Assembly: GCA_963768305.1 (NCBI GenBank) | Contig: CAVYHE010000007.1 | Location: 32,001 to 96,000, forward strand | Direction: 5' to 3' | From: an uncultured bacterium | Lineage (GTDB): Bacteria > Margulisbacteria > WOR-1 > CAVSGV01 | Length of the DNA stretch: 64,000 nucleotides | In this document: positions 11,374 to 21,459 of the stretch, piece by piece | Layout: every line of letters begins with the position of its first letter | Position numbering within the stretch: the first letter of the stretch is position 1 | Made by a program: the position numbers and the translations under genes | The notes under the pieces: model-generated | The model's database searches: none | Told to the model about the DNA's origin: nothing | Seen by the model: only the letters and a program-made list of their open reading frames with translations

Positions 11374-13362
11374 GCGAATTTAATCAAAGAATGACGCCTG
11401 AAGACGCGCTGAAAATAGCGAACGAGAAGCCCAATCGCGGCAGGCTCAAGATATTCATCGGCTATTCTCCCGGTGTCGGCAAGACTTTTGCAATGCTCAA
11501 TGAAGGCAACCGCCGTCTTAAGAGAGGCGAAGATATCGTGATCGGATATCTGGAGCCGCACGGAAGGGCTGATACGGACAATCAGGTTGGCGAGCTTCCC
11601 GTCATCCCACGAAAAAAGATCAAATATTCCGATAAGGTTTTTGACGAAATGGACACCGAAGCGATCATCAAAAGGCATCCCACGGTCGCGCTCATCGACG
11701 AAATAGCCCATACGAACGTCCCCGGCTCCAAATACAACAAACGGTACGAGGACATAAACGAGATCCTGGATGCGGGAATCAATGTCATTACCACTCTTAA
11801 TGTCCAGCATCTGGAAAGCCTGAATGACATGATAAAGCAGATCACCGGCGTGGTGGTAAGGGAAACGATACCCGACAGCATGGTGACCCAGGCCGATGAG
11901 GTGGTCGCGGTGGATATCACCGTGGAAGCGCTGCTGAACCGGTTGAAGCGCGGCGACGTTTACAAAAAGGAGAAGATCGATTCCGCGCTCCGCAATTTCT
12001 TCCGCGAAGGGAACCTGAACGCGCTGAGGGAAATAACCCTGCGGCAGATCGCGCATGGAAGTGGATGAAGAGCTGGAGACATACATGAAAGCGCACGGCA
12101 TGGAAGAGTCGTGGCAGACGGTGGAGCGCATAATGGTCTGCATAAGCTCAAGCCCCACCGCGAAAAAACTTATCAGGAGAGGAGCTCTAATCGCGAAACG
12201 TTACAGGTGCGAATGGTTCGTGGTTGCGGTGGAGAACAGCGCGGTCCTTGCCGCCAAATGGGAGCAGAGAGACAAGGAAGAGCTTGAGAGCAGCTTCAAG
12301 CTGGCGGAACAGCTTGGCGCGAAAACTGTCACTCTTGTCGGGACCGATATTGCCGCGGAGCTTGAAAAGTTCGCAAAGGACAGGCACATAACGCAGATAG
12401 TCATCGGCCATTCCGGAAGGTCGCTCATTCAACAAATTTTCATCGGATCCACAACAAGCAGATTGATAAGGGAGACCAGGAACATCGCGATCCATGTCAT
12501 CCCGATAAATGAATATGAAACGGCTGAAATGGGCATTACTAAAAGAATTTTCGGAGCAAGCCTTGAAACGGGAGTGAATGATTACTGGATAGTTGCGCTG
12601 ACTATTACAGGGGTCACGATGGCAAGTAAACTTTTGCTGCCATTATTGGGATACCAGGCTGTCGGATTCATTTATCTGCTTGCCGTATTGATACTTAGCA
12701 TGTTCATTTCGGTCATGCCGAACATGATCTTCGCTTTTTTAAGCGTTCTTGCTTGGGATTTTCTTTTCATCCCTCCGTTCTATACTTTCTCCATAGCCAA
12801 AAAAGAGGATGTTATCATGTGCGCCGCCTACATTTTCACGGCAATAATAACAAGCTATCTTACCAGCAAGATAAGAAGGGACGAGCGCCTGCTTGCCCTA
12901 AGGGAGAACCGTTCTGAAGCGATGTATAAGATAGTGTCGGTGATCGCCGGCGCGGGCGACAGATATCAATGCATCAATGATATCCAGAGGGAAGTTGAGG
13001 TTATGCTCGGGGGAAAGTGCCGCGCTATCGTAAAGAACGATATTGTAAGGTATGAGGACATTCTCCGCCTGGCGATCCCGAATGATGAGAAAGAGCTTTC
13101 CGTGGCGATGCTGGTGTATGAAAAAGGCCAGCCTGCCGGATGGTCCACTGAAACATTGTCATTCGCAAAAGCGATCTATATCCCTTTAAAAGGAAAAGCG
13201 GAGATCGTCGGCGTCATATCCTTTGAAAGGGATGACAGGAAACAGCTTTCAGGCGATGAAATGACGCTGCTCCAAACAGTTTCGGATCAGCTGGCGGTCT
13301 ATCTGGAAAGAGAACTTTTGCGGGAACGAGCGGCCGAAGCTATTTCACGTATACAGGGATAA
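11370..13362 (+). CDS. kdpD: KdpD sensor (KdpD-Usp-4TM-GAF) lacking the histidine kinase domain; one indel near 12057
   Basis: GRLKIFIGYSPGVGKT, DEIAHTN, TTLNVQHLESLND, Usp domain, 4-TM segment WDFLFIPPFYTF, GAF; no SHDLRTPL H-box. Confidence 0.88.
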
Positions 13363-15329
13363 TGAACAGCGGTATTCCCTGATGGTAAAGCTTTTGCTGC
13401 ATGGAAAACAGCGTGTAGTTGTGCAGCCACCTGGAGAAAAGGTTGTCGTCCTGAAAAACTATCTGCCCGCCGAAGAAATTGGAGTGCGGATATTTTTCCA
13501 GTATCTTCGGGACGACGTTTGAAAATTCTTCCAGCGTGTCTATCCCCGTCACGCATATCCCTTCCGCGTTATAGCCGTTTCCTCTTAAAAGCTCGATGAA
13601 TTTATCCACCTCGCATTTTATCTTCTTTTCCACAGCCGGGACCTCGTCAAGCTGTCCGGCAGTCACCAAGTCCTATCTGGAGGAAAACAAAATTCCTGTA
13701 AATGCCCTTGAACGAATTGAGCACGGTGGAAACAGTGGTTATTCCCATGCTGGTAAAATCCTTCACTAATATGACGGCGGTAAGATCATTGGGATCGAAA
13801 GGCTTTTTATCCTTTAATTTCGGAAGATAATGCTCAGATGGTACCAGATGATGGACAACTTCGTCGTCCAGCTTCCTGATCTGGTTGTTCGTTACGCTCA
13901 TAATTGCGTTTTACCGTCACCGCCAGCGTAATAAGTATACCCGTGATGAACAATGTGATCCAGCCGCCTTCATGGAATTTAATGACCACCACTGAAATAA
14001 GGATGAACGTGGTCATGATAAGGCCGGTCCCATTTATCAATATCTTTCCGATCCAACGCCTTTCCTTTGCCCTTTCAACCCACCAGTGCCTGACCATGCC
14101 CAAGCTGAGAGAGGAAAAATGTCAGGAAAACGTTGATGCTGTATAGGACGACCAGGAATCCTACGGAGCCGCGGCTGAATATCATAAGAAAGAACGAGGA
14201 AATTCCCATTATCATTATCCCGTTCTGGGTGACAAGGCGGTCGCTGAGTATGGAAAATCTTTTCGGCATCCATCTGTCATTGGCCATGTTCGCAAGCACG
14301 CGCGGGCCGTCTATGAACCCCGTTTGCGCCGCGACAAAAAGGAGAAGACGCTTCGGAAAGAAGCGTGATCGTCACAATGGTATAGCTCATGGTCCAACCT
14401 TTCGTCATATTTTCGAACAGGACAGCGTTCATTGTCTTGCCCAGAGTCGGTTCAACTTTGAAGAAAACATAAGAGAACATTATGCCGATGACCATAAAGG
14501 CAAGGGAGCTGGCCATGTAAAGCATTGTTTTTTTTGCCGTTGCCGCTCTCGGCTCCCTTAATATCACCACGCCGTTGCTGACGGCTTCAATTCCGGTATA
14601 TGTACCGGCTCCCATGCTGTACGCGCGGAGCAGTATGAATATCGTTCCCAAAATTCCAAGCGCCGACCTGGACGTATGGATATCCGCCGCGGTAGATGAA
14701 GCAAGCTGTGAGAAATTTGATAAATGAAGCCCGAACGAATACAGGATCAAGACCACGTGCGTTACCATGAACAGGAGGAATATCGGCATGAGCACCATAA
14801 CCGATTCCTTTACGCCGCGCATATTGAGCAGTATCAAGATAAATATCACAAAGACGGCGAATAATACTTTGTATCCGTACCATCCCGCCGGAAGGAAGCT
14901 GAAAACAGCGTCAGCGCCGCTGGCAATAGATACGGTGATTGTCAGGACATAGTCGATAAGCAGCGCACAGCCCGAGACCATTCCGATGGAAGGAGAAAGC
15001 AGCCTGCTCGCCACCATATATCCGCCGCCGCCGTGTGGAAAAAGCTCCACTATCTGGGAATAGCTGGCGCTGATCACAAATACTGTTATCGCCGACGCGA
15101 TCGCAACAAGAAGGCCAAGATATATATGCCCTTTCAGCGCGATAAAAGCTTCCTGAGGTCCGTAAGATGATGACGACAGTCCGTCGGCTCCGAGGCCCAC
15201 CCACGCGAAGAACGCTATAAGCGACATTCTGCGCAACAAAGTTGAATCGTGCAGGTCTTGCGGCTTGCCGATGAACAATCTTCTTATGCGGTCAAATATA
15301 TTATCGTTCTTTTGCTGCGAATTATTCAT
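13340..15329 (-). CDS. APC-superfamily permease, KimA-like putative K+ transporter (several indels)
   Basis: GADGLSSSSYGPQEAF, GGGGY, LLIDYVLT, TGIEAVSNG, LYSINVF, KFHEGGW and a C-terminal LHN soluble domain. Confidence 0.8.
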
Positions 15330-15347
15330 TAAAAAGAAAAAAGTTTA

Positions 15348-15860
15348 TTATTTTCCGTATAATACTTTCAACTGCTCCACGGTCGGATGGGAATTATAAT
15401 ATTCTCCCTGAGGCCCGACATATCCGTTATCTTGTTTCACAAGCTTAACCGCCGTGAAGGTTCCGTCTGAATTCGGGATGTTCACGATAAAACTTGGGAC
15501 TTGCGACTGAACAACGACAGGCGCTGCGGCCGCCGGCGGTTCCACGACCATATATCCCGGAGGATATGGCTCATAATAAACATTGTCGCAATAATAGTAT
15601 CTGGTGCTGCCGACATATACTGCCGCATATCCGGGAGGAAGAACATCCACATAACCTCCGACCGGCGGGACATTCACCACAAAATTTATCCCGAACCAAC
15701 CGGGATGATACCAATGGCCGCTATGAAAAAAATATCTTCCTGCCGGCCTTCCCCCTCCTCTTCCAAAATCCCTCGCAAAGACTCCAGCGGAAGAAACGAA
15801 CAAGATCGAAATGATAATGATAACAATGACAGCCCTGCTGTTAAATTTGAATGTTTTCAA
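15348..15860 (-). CDS. Exported Gly/Tyr/Pro-rich protein (DUF6515-like)
   Basis: Signal peptide; LPPGY..YYY..VYY..GYMVV..P; C-terminal GYVGPQGEYY...PTVEQLK. Confidence 0.65.
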   Translation of the reverse strand: MKTFKFNSRAVIVIIIISILFVSSAGVFARDFGRGGGRPAGRYFFHSGHWYHPGWFGINFVVNVPPVGGYVDVLPPGYAAVYVGSTRYYYCDNVYYEPYPPGYMVVEPPAAAAPVVVQSQVPSFIVNIPNSDGTFTAVKLVKQDNGYVGPQGEYYNSHPTVEQLKVLYGK

Positions 15861-15990
15861 ATATATCCTCCTCCTTTATTTCGCAACAGCCGATATATTA
15901 CTCTTTTATTTATTTTACTGCAATAGACTGGCCGGTAAACGCATTGACCAGTCAATTTACTTTACATATATTATTAACTATAATCCTTAC

Positions 15991-17340
15991 ATGAACAAAT
16001 TGGGCATCGGATATGAAATGAATCTTTCGCAAACGCTGGAGCTGATGCTATCTCCCCGCATGATCCAGATGCTGAAGATGCTTAACCTTCCCTACATCGA
16101 ACTAGTTGAAGAAATGAATAAAGAGACCGAAGAGAACGTGATGCTGGAAATGGAGAGGCCGGACCGGCTTCTGGAATATCTGAAACACATAAGTTCCGAA
16201 AAGATCCCGAAAAAAGAAATAGCGTCCGAAGATCTTCCCGGCATAGAAGCCATCGGGGACAAGCCCGAAACCCTTGAAAATCATCTTTTGAGGCAGCTGG
16301 AGCTTGAAGATATCGGCAAAAAAAAGGAAAAGATAGCGGAGCTGCTGATCAGCAGCATTGACGACAGAGGTTATATCCCTAATTACGCGGAAGCGAGCGG
16401 ATCGATAAAAAAAGAATTGCACGCGACCCAGAAGGACATAGACACCATGCTGGAGCTGATCCAGGAATTCGATCCCGACGGCGTCGGCGCGAGGAGCGTG
16501 AAAGAATGCCTCCTTATCCAGGTTAGGGAGATGAATTTTGAAAGCGAAGAGCTGGAAGAACTTTTGACAAAAGCGATAGAAGATCACCTGGATGACCTGG
16601 CAAAAAAGGATTTTGATAAGATAGCAAAAGCCTTGAAGATAGAAAAGAGCGGCGCCGAGAAGCTTGCGGATTTCATAAGGAACAATCTTGACCCGGCTCC
16701 CGGTTCCATTTATGCGGAAAAAACCGCTTGCGTTATCCCTTCTTTTTCTATAAAAAAAGAAAATGACGGCTTAAAGGCCGTTAATCTTGAAAGATCGTAC
16801 GGCCCGCTTCTTAAGATCAGCCCCGTGTACGAAAAAATGCTGAAAGACCCGAAAACCGACGCGAAAAGCATGGAATTCCTGAAAGAAAAATTGGAGGCCG
16901 CGAAGGATTTTCTGGAAAATATCGCCAAGCGCCATGAAACCATAGAAAAAATAATCGCCCTGATAATCAAAAGCCAGGCTCAATATCTTGATGGCGGAGA
17001 ACTTAAGCTTAACCCGCTTATGCAGAAGGACATAGCACATGAACTTGGCCTCCATCCGTCCACTATTTCAAGGGCGATATCGAACAAGTATGTCCAAACA
17101 CCCCGCGGAATAATACTCTTGAAGGTCCTCTGCCCCAGGGAAGTAAAGGGAAGCACCAAAGAAAAGATATTGAAGATGATAGAATCGATAATTGATTCAG
17201 AGGATAAAAATAAGCCGTTCACGGACGATCAAATAGTCGAAAAACTTAAGAGCGAAGGCATGGTGCTGGAAAGAAGGACCGTCTCATCGCACAGGCAAAA
17301 ATTGGGCATTGAAATTTCTTCAAAAAGAGTGAAATTTTAG
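15991..17340 (+). CDS. rpoN: RNA polymerase sigma-54 factor
   Basis: Region I L.Q.L.L, core-binding IDDRGY/FDPDGVGARS..ECLLIQ, HTH HPSTISRA..KY, RpoN-box-like RRTV; start placed at ATG 15991. Confidence 0.92.
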   Translation: MNKLGIGYEMNLSQTLELMLSPRMIQMLKMLNLPYIELVEEMNKETEENVMLEMERPDRLLEYLKHISSEKIPKKEIASEDLPGIEAIGDKPETLENHLLRQLELEDIGKKKEKIAELLISSIDDRGYIPNYAEASGSIKKELHATQKDIDTMLELIQEFDPDGVGARSVKECLLIQVREMNFESEELEELLTKAIEDHLDDLAKKDFDKIAKALKIEKSGAEKLADFIRNNLDPAPGSIYAEKTACVIPSFSIKKENDGLKAVNLERSYGPLLKISPVYEKMLKDPKTDAKSMEFLKEKLEAAKDFLENIAKRHETIEKIIALIIKSQAQYLDGGELKLNPLMQKDIAHELGLHPSTISRAISNKYVQTPRGIILLKVLCPREVKGSTKEKILKMIESIIDSEDKNKPFTDDQIVEKLKSEGMVLERRTVSSHRQKLGIEISSKRVKF

Positions 17341-17357
17341 GCGGAATATGTCGATAA
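17329..17357 (+). promoter_or_regulatory. sigma28-like promoter, copy 2
   Basis: gTGAAA-ttttaggcggaatat(15)-GTCGATAA, overlapping the rpoN stop. Confidence 0.65.
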
Positions 17358-17410
17358 TAAAGCGTTAAAACACCCAGGGGAGAGGGACGTTTTGGCTGGA
17401 ACGGAGCAAT

Positions 17411-18844
17411 ATGACTGACGGCAAAGCGGATATCCTGATCGCTGAAGATGAAAAAAACATAAGAGAAGTGCTCTCACTCGCTTTCTCTGGCAAACATAAC
17501 CTCTTTTTTGCCTCCGACGGAAAAAAAGCACTTGAAATATTATCCGGCAGGAACATAGATCTTGCACTTCTGGACATACGCCTTCCTGAAGTGAACGGAA
17601 TGGCCGTCCTGAAGCAGATGAAGGACATGGACATTTCCATACCCGTTATAATGCTAACTGCCGTAAAGACAGTTGACTCCGCCGTATCCGCCATGAAACT
17701 CGGGGCCTTCGATTACGTTGTCAAGCCTTTTGACCTCCATGACCTTACCGCGCTCATCGAAAAAGCCCTGGAAAAAAGGGAGCTGGAGCGCGAGAACGCT
17801 TTCCTGAAAAATGAGATTGAAAAGACAGGGCATTTTGAAAAGATCGTCGGCAGAAGCGAGAAAATGAAAGAAATATTCCGGCTTATCAAGAACGTGGCGA
17901 ACGGCGATGCTACGGTATTGATCACAGGCGAATCAGGGACCGGGAAGGAACTTGTCGCGCGCGCGATACACAATTTAAGCCAAAGGGCAAAAAAACTTTT
18001 CGTTCCCGTCAATTGCGCGGCGATCCCGGAAAATCTCCTTGAATCGGAACTTTTTGGATATGAAAAAGGCGCTTTCACGGGAGCGTTCGAGCGGCATCTT
18101 GGAAAATTCGAACTTGCCGACGGCGGCACCATATTTCTGGACGAGATAAGCGCGATGCCTCTTGCAATGCAGGCAAAGCTCCTTCGTGTCCTGCAGGAAA
18201 GGATGATCGACAGGGTCGGCGGGTCCAATCAGATCGTTATTAACGTAAGGGTCATCTCGGCTACCAACTTGGACCTGAAGAACGAAGTGGAAAATAAAAA
18301 ATTCAGGAGCGATCTTTTTTACAGGTTGAACGTGATCCCCATCAATATCCCGGCCCTGCGGGAGCGCGCAGACGATGTTCCTCTTCTTATCAATTATTTT
18401 CTGGACAAATTCAATAAAGAATTCGGCAAGAAAATAAAAGGGTTCGATAAAGATGCCATGAAAGTGCTCATGTCCTATGCCTGGCCGGGCAATGTTAGAG
18501 AGCTGGAGAACCTGATCGAGCGCCTTGTGGTCCTGAGCACCAGGGACATCATCACAAAGGAAAAGCTTCCGCAGGAAATAAGCAAAAAAATGATCGATGA
18601 ACACGCGAAATTATTTGAAATGGACTTCATAAAGCAGGCGATGAAAAGATCCAACCTTAACGACCGCCAGCTCAAAGCGATAGAGCTGGTCAAAGACCAG
18701 GGGAAACTCACGAAACAATCGTACATCAAGTACACGAAAGCCCCGAAAACCACCGCATTCAGAGATCTGAATTCCCTCGTAAAGCTCCACATCCTGTCCC
18801 AAAAAGGTATTGGGAAAAATTCTTTCTACACTTTCTCCGATTGA
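17411..18844 (+). CDS. NtrC-family sigma54 activator (REC-AAA+) with winged-helix C-terminus
   Basis: REC domain, GESGTGKE, ELFGYEKGAFTGA, FLDEI, DLFYRLNV, WPGNVREL. Confidence 0.93.
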   Translation: MTDGKADILIAEDEKNIREVLSLAFSGKHNLFFASDGKKALEILSGRNIDLALLDIRLPEVNGMAVLKQMKDMDISIPVIMLTAVKTVDSAVSAMKLGAFDYVVKPFDLHDLTALIEKALEKRELERENAFLKNEIEKTGHFEKIVGRSEKMKEIFRLIKNVANGDATVLITGESGTGKELVARAIHNLSQRAKKLFVPVNCAAIPENLLESELFGYEKGAFTGAFERHLGKFELADGGTIFLDEISAMPLAMQAKLLRVLQERMIDRVGGSNQIVINVRVISATNLDLKNEVENKKFRSDLFYRLNVIPINIPALRERADDVPLLINYFLDKFNKEFGKKIKGFDKDAMKVLMSYAWPGNVRELENLIERLVVLSTRDIITKEKLPQEISKKMIDEHAKLFEMDFIKQAMKRSNLNDRQLKAIELVKDQGKLTKQSYIKYTKAPKTTAFRDLNSLVKLHILSQKGIGKNSFYTFSD

Positions 18845-18850
18845 CTTGAA

Positions 18851-18893
18851 TGCGGTCCACTCGGACCGCAAATGAACCGCAAACGGACCGCAA
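18851..18893. repeat. Three direct ACCGCAA repeats at 11-bp period plus one inverted copy
   Basis: tgcggtcc-actc-ggACCGCAaatgaACCGCAaacggACCGCAat; ACCGCA at 18865, 18876 and 18887. Confidence 0.8.
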
Positions 18894-18936
18894 TATCTTT
18901 CTTCTCGTATTTTGACGCTCATTTTTCGGACTTTAT

Positions 18937-18954
18937 ACGGCATGAAAATTGCTA
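18937..18954 (+). promoter_or_regulatory. sigma54 (-24/-12) promoter
   Basis: acGGCAtgaaaaTTGCta: GG-N10-GC closely matching TGGCAC-N5-TTGC. Confidence 0.8.
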
Positions 18955-19006
18955 TTATAATGATATAATGACCGCAGGTCGGTTCGGAAAAAAAGGAGTG
19001 ATCTTT

Positions 19007-19402
19007 ATGGCAGGGCTTGATCAGGAAAAAGTAAAAAATGAGAAAGAGATGGATCCGCGCTTCCTCTCCATTGTGCTCGGCAAGACCGTTCAAAAACAGA
19101 AGCTGGATGAAAAAGACAGGTCAAAACTGGAATTATTCGAACGCGGGCTCGCGAATGAGCTGGCAACCTCCGATACCATAGACAAGTCGGTGGAAAAGAT
19201 GGTGAAAATGGCGCTCGTCTGTGAATTCGGTGCGGAGCTTATCATGAAACCAGGCGCTCAGAAGATGATATCCGTCATAAGCCGAGGCATACTTTCTGAC
19301 AGGGAGCTAAGGAGATCGGCGCTGATAATAGCGGACAGGTTCTCTTCCGCTGAAAAGCCGAAAGTTGTCTACGTGAGAGGGAAGACAAAGATAAATGGCT
19401 GA
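19007..19402 (+). CDS. Hypothetical 131-aa helical protein
   Basis: AAGGAG SD before ATG 19007; stop overlaps the start of the next gene. Confidence 0.7.
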   Translation: MAGLDQEKVKNEKEMDPRFLSIVLGKTVQKQKLDEKDRSKLELFERGLANELATSDTIDKSVEKMVKMALVCEFGAELIMKPGAQKMISVISRGILSDRELRRSALIIADRFSSAEKPKVVYVRGKTKING

Positions 19403-20699
19403 GATTAAACCGGTAATATTAGTAGTGGACGATGAATCAAGCATAAGGGAATCGTTCTCTCTTATCCTCGATAAAGAATTCAGGGTCATCACCGCCGCCA
19501 CAGGAGAGACCGCGCTTAAACGCATAATCGATGAAAAGATAGACCTGGTATACCTGGACGTCAGGATGCCGGGAATGAACGGCATAGAGACGCTTAAAAA
19601 AATAAAAGAGATAGATAAGAACATCGAGGTTATCCTTGTTACAGCCGTGAACGACGTCGGCAGCGCCGCATCCGCGGTAAAACTGGGCGCAAAAGATTAT
19701 TTGATAAAGCCTTTCAATGTCCAGGACATACTCAACATGACCAGAAGTTTTGTCATAAAGGCACAGACCCGCGCGATAAGGCCGCCCGACGCGGAAGAGC
19801 TTATCGGCAACAGCAGGCAAATGCTCCAGATAAAAAAGACAGTTTCGCAGTCCCTTCAGACGGATCTGAACATCCTTATAACCGGCGAAAAAGGGCTGGA
19901 AGCCGAGCAGATAGCGAGGATAATAAGCGGCGAGTCCGAAAAAAAACTTGTAATATTGAACGCGTCGGAGGACATAAGGAGCTCCATTATTTTCGGGCGC
20001 GAAAAAGGAACTTTCGCTTCGGAGTTCGGGAAAGTTCCCGGCATGCTGGAAAAAGCCGAAGGCGGGATCCTTTTCATAAAGAACATAGAGCTGCTTCCAA
20101 AGAACATCCAGGAAAGGCTGGGCCAGGCGATCTTAAAAAAGGAATTCTCGCGCGACGGCTCTCCGGCAATGATCCCGATGGACGTAAGGTTCATAGCTGA
20201 GACATCCGTAAGCCTGGCGGCGCTCATGCAGGGCGGTGATTTGGACAAAACACTCTTTGATGCAGTTTCCGCTTTGGTCATAGAGCTTCCTCCGCTTAAA
20301 ACGAGGGAAAGCGATCTTCCCATACTGATAGAACATTATTTTGAAAAATTCATGAACAAATACGATAGAAAAATAAAGATATCTCCACGGTCCATAGATA
20401 TCCTGGTCGCCTGCCCCTGGCCCGGAAATCTCGCCCAACTATCCAATACGATAGAATCGATCGTCCTCTCGCTTGATAAGGCGGAGCTGGAGCCCGAAGA
20501 CCTGCCGCTGGATGTGCTTATTAAAAGTCCGGTGGGCGGCAGGCCGTTCACTTCGTTCGAGTCGATCGAAGAAAGTTTTGAAAGAGCCCATATCCTTAAA
20601 ATATATATGAAAGCTGGAGAGAACAAAGGAAAGGCAGCCGCGATGCTGGGCATACAGGAAAAAAATCTGGAAGCAAAGCTGGGATCTTCCGCCCGCTGA
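19395..20699 (+). CDS. NtrC-like response regulator with degenerate AAA+ domain
   Basis: Intact REC (DDE, YLDVRMP, KPF); Walker A GEKGLEAE, GAFTGA replaced by GTFASE, Walker B FIKNIE; WPGN retained; Fis-type HTH KAAAMLGI. Confidence 0.85.
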   Translation: MAEIKPVILVVDDESSIRESFSLILDKEFRVITAATGETALKRIIDEKIDLVYLDVRMPGMNGIETLKKIKEIDKNIEVILVTAVNDVGSAASAVKLGAKDYLIKPFNVQDILNMTRSFVIKAQTRAIRPPDAEELIGNSRQMLQIKKTVSQSLQTDLNILITGEKGLEAEQIARIISGESEKKLVILNASEDIRSSIIFGREKGTFASEFGKVPGMLEKAEGGILFIKNIELLPKNIQERLGQAILKKEFSRDGSPAMIPMDVRFIAETSVSLAALMQGGDLDKTLFDAVSALVIELPPLKTRESDLPILIEHYFEKFMNKYDRKIKISPRSIDILVACPWPGNLAQLSNTIESIVLSLDKAELEPEDLPLDVLIKSPVGGRPFTSFESIEESFERAHILKIYMKAGENKGKAAAMLGIQEKNLEAKLGSSAR

Positions 20700-21355
20700 T
20701 GTCCTCAAAGCCCATTCCCATAGACCTTATGATATTCGATTTTGACGGAACACTCACAGATTCGATCCCTCCTGCCGTAGAAGCTATCCAGAAAATGCTC
20801 AGAGCGCTGAAACTTCCGTATAAAACAAATGAAGAGATCAATGAACATGTCGGATTCGGTGAAATTTCGCTGATCGCCGGGGTGATAGGAACAAAAGAGC
20901 CTAAGCTTTTTAAAAAAGCGATGAAAATGTATGAAAGCATTTATATGAAAGAAGGCCTGAAGAAAGTCCTTCCCTATCCGCACATAAGGGAAATGCTTGA
21001 ATACTTCAAGGATAAAACAAAAATAATACTTTCGAACAAAAAAGATCTTTTCATCAAAAAGATCCTTGAAAGCCTTGGACTAAAGAGTTATTTCAAAGAG
21101 ATCTGCGGCGGCGACACCCTCCCCTGTCTTAAGCCCGATCCCGGTGCGATAAATGAGATGATAAAAAGATACAAAGTTGATCGCGGCCGCGTCCTTTTCG
21201 TAGGTGACATGACCGTGGACGTCATGGCGGGAAAGAACGCGGGCATCCGCACTTGCGCAGTGACTTACGGGTTCGAAAGCAGGGAAAAGCTTATGAAATT
21301 TGATCCTGATCTTTTGATAGATGATCCGCTGAAATTAAAATCGCTGATAGTTTGA
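20699..21355 (+). CDS. HAD-superfamily phosphatase (Gph/PpaX-like)
   Basis: FDFDGTLTDS, LSNK, KPDP, VGDMTVD. Confidence 0.9.
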   Translation: MSSKPIPIDLMIFDFDGTLTDSIPPAVEAIQKMLRALKLPYKTNEEINEHVGFGEISLIAGVIGTKEPKLFKKAMKMYESIYMKEGLKKVLPYPHIREMLEYFKDKTKIILSNKKDLFIKKILESLGLKSYFKEICGGDTLPCLKPDPGAINEMIKRYKVDRGRVLFVGDMTVDVMAGKNAGIRTCAVTYGFESREKLMKFDPDLLIDDPLKLKSLIV

Positions 21356-21371
21356 TCCCTCCGGAGCCTGC

Positions 21372-21456
21372 TGCCTAGGGCCGGAATCGAACCGGCATGG
21401 CCTATTCGGCCAAGGGATTTTAAGTCCCTCGCGTCTACCAATTCCGCCACCCAGGC
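21372..21456 (-). tRNA. tRNA-Leu (anticodon TAA)
   Basis: GCCTGGG acceptor stem, D loop TTGGTAGA, AGGGA-CT-TAA-AA-TCCCT anticodon arm, long variable arm, GGTTCGATTCC T arm; CCA not encoded. Confidence 0.96.
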
Positions 21457-21459
21457 TTG

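Noticed and set aside
15811..15990. 60-aa hydrophobic N-terminal extension of RpoN in the ORF track
   Set aside because: It overlaps the divergent gene and AT-rich promoter DNA; sigma54 region I begins at ATG 15991.
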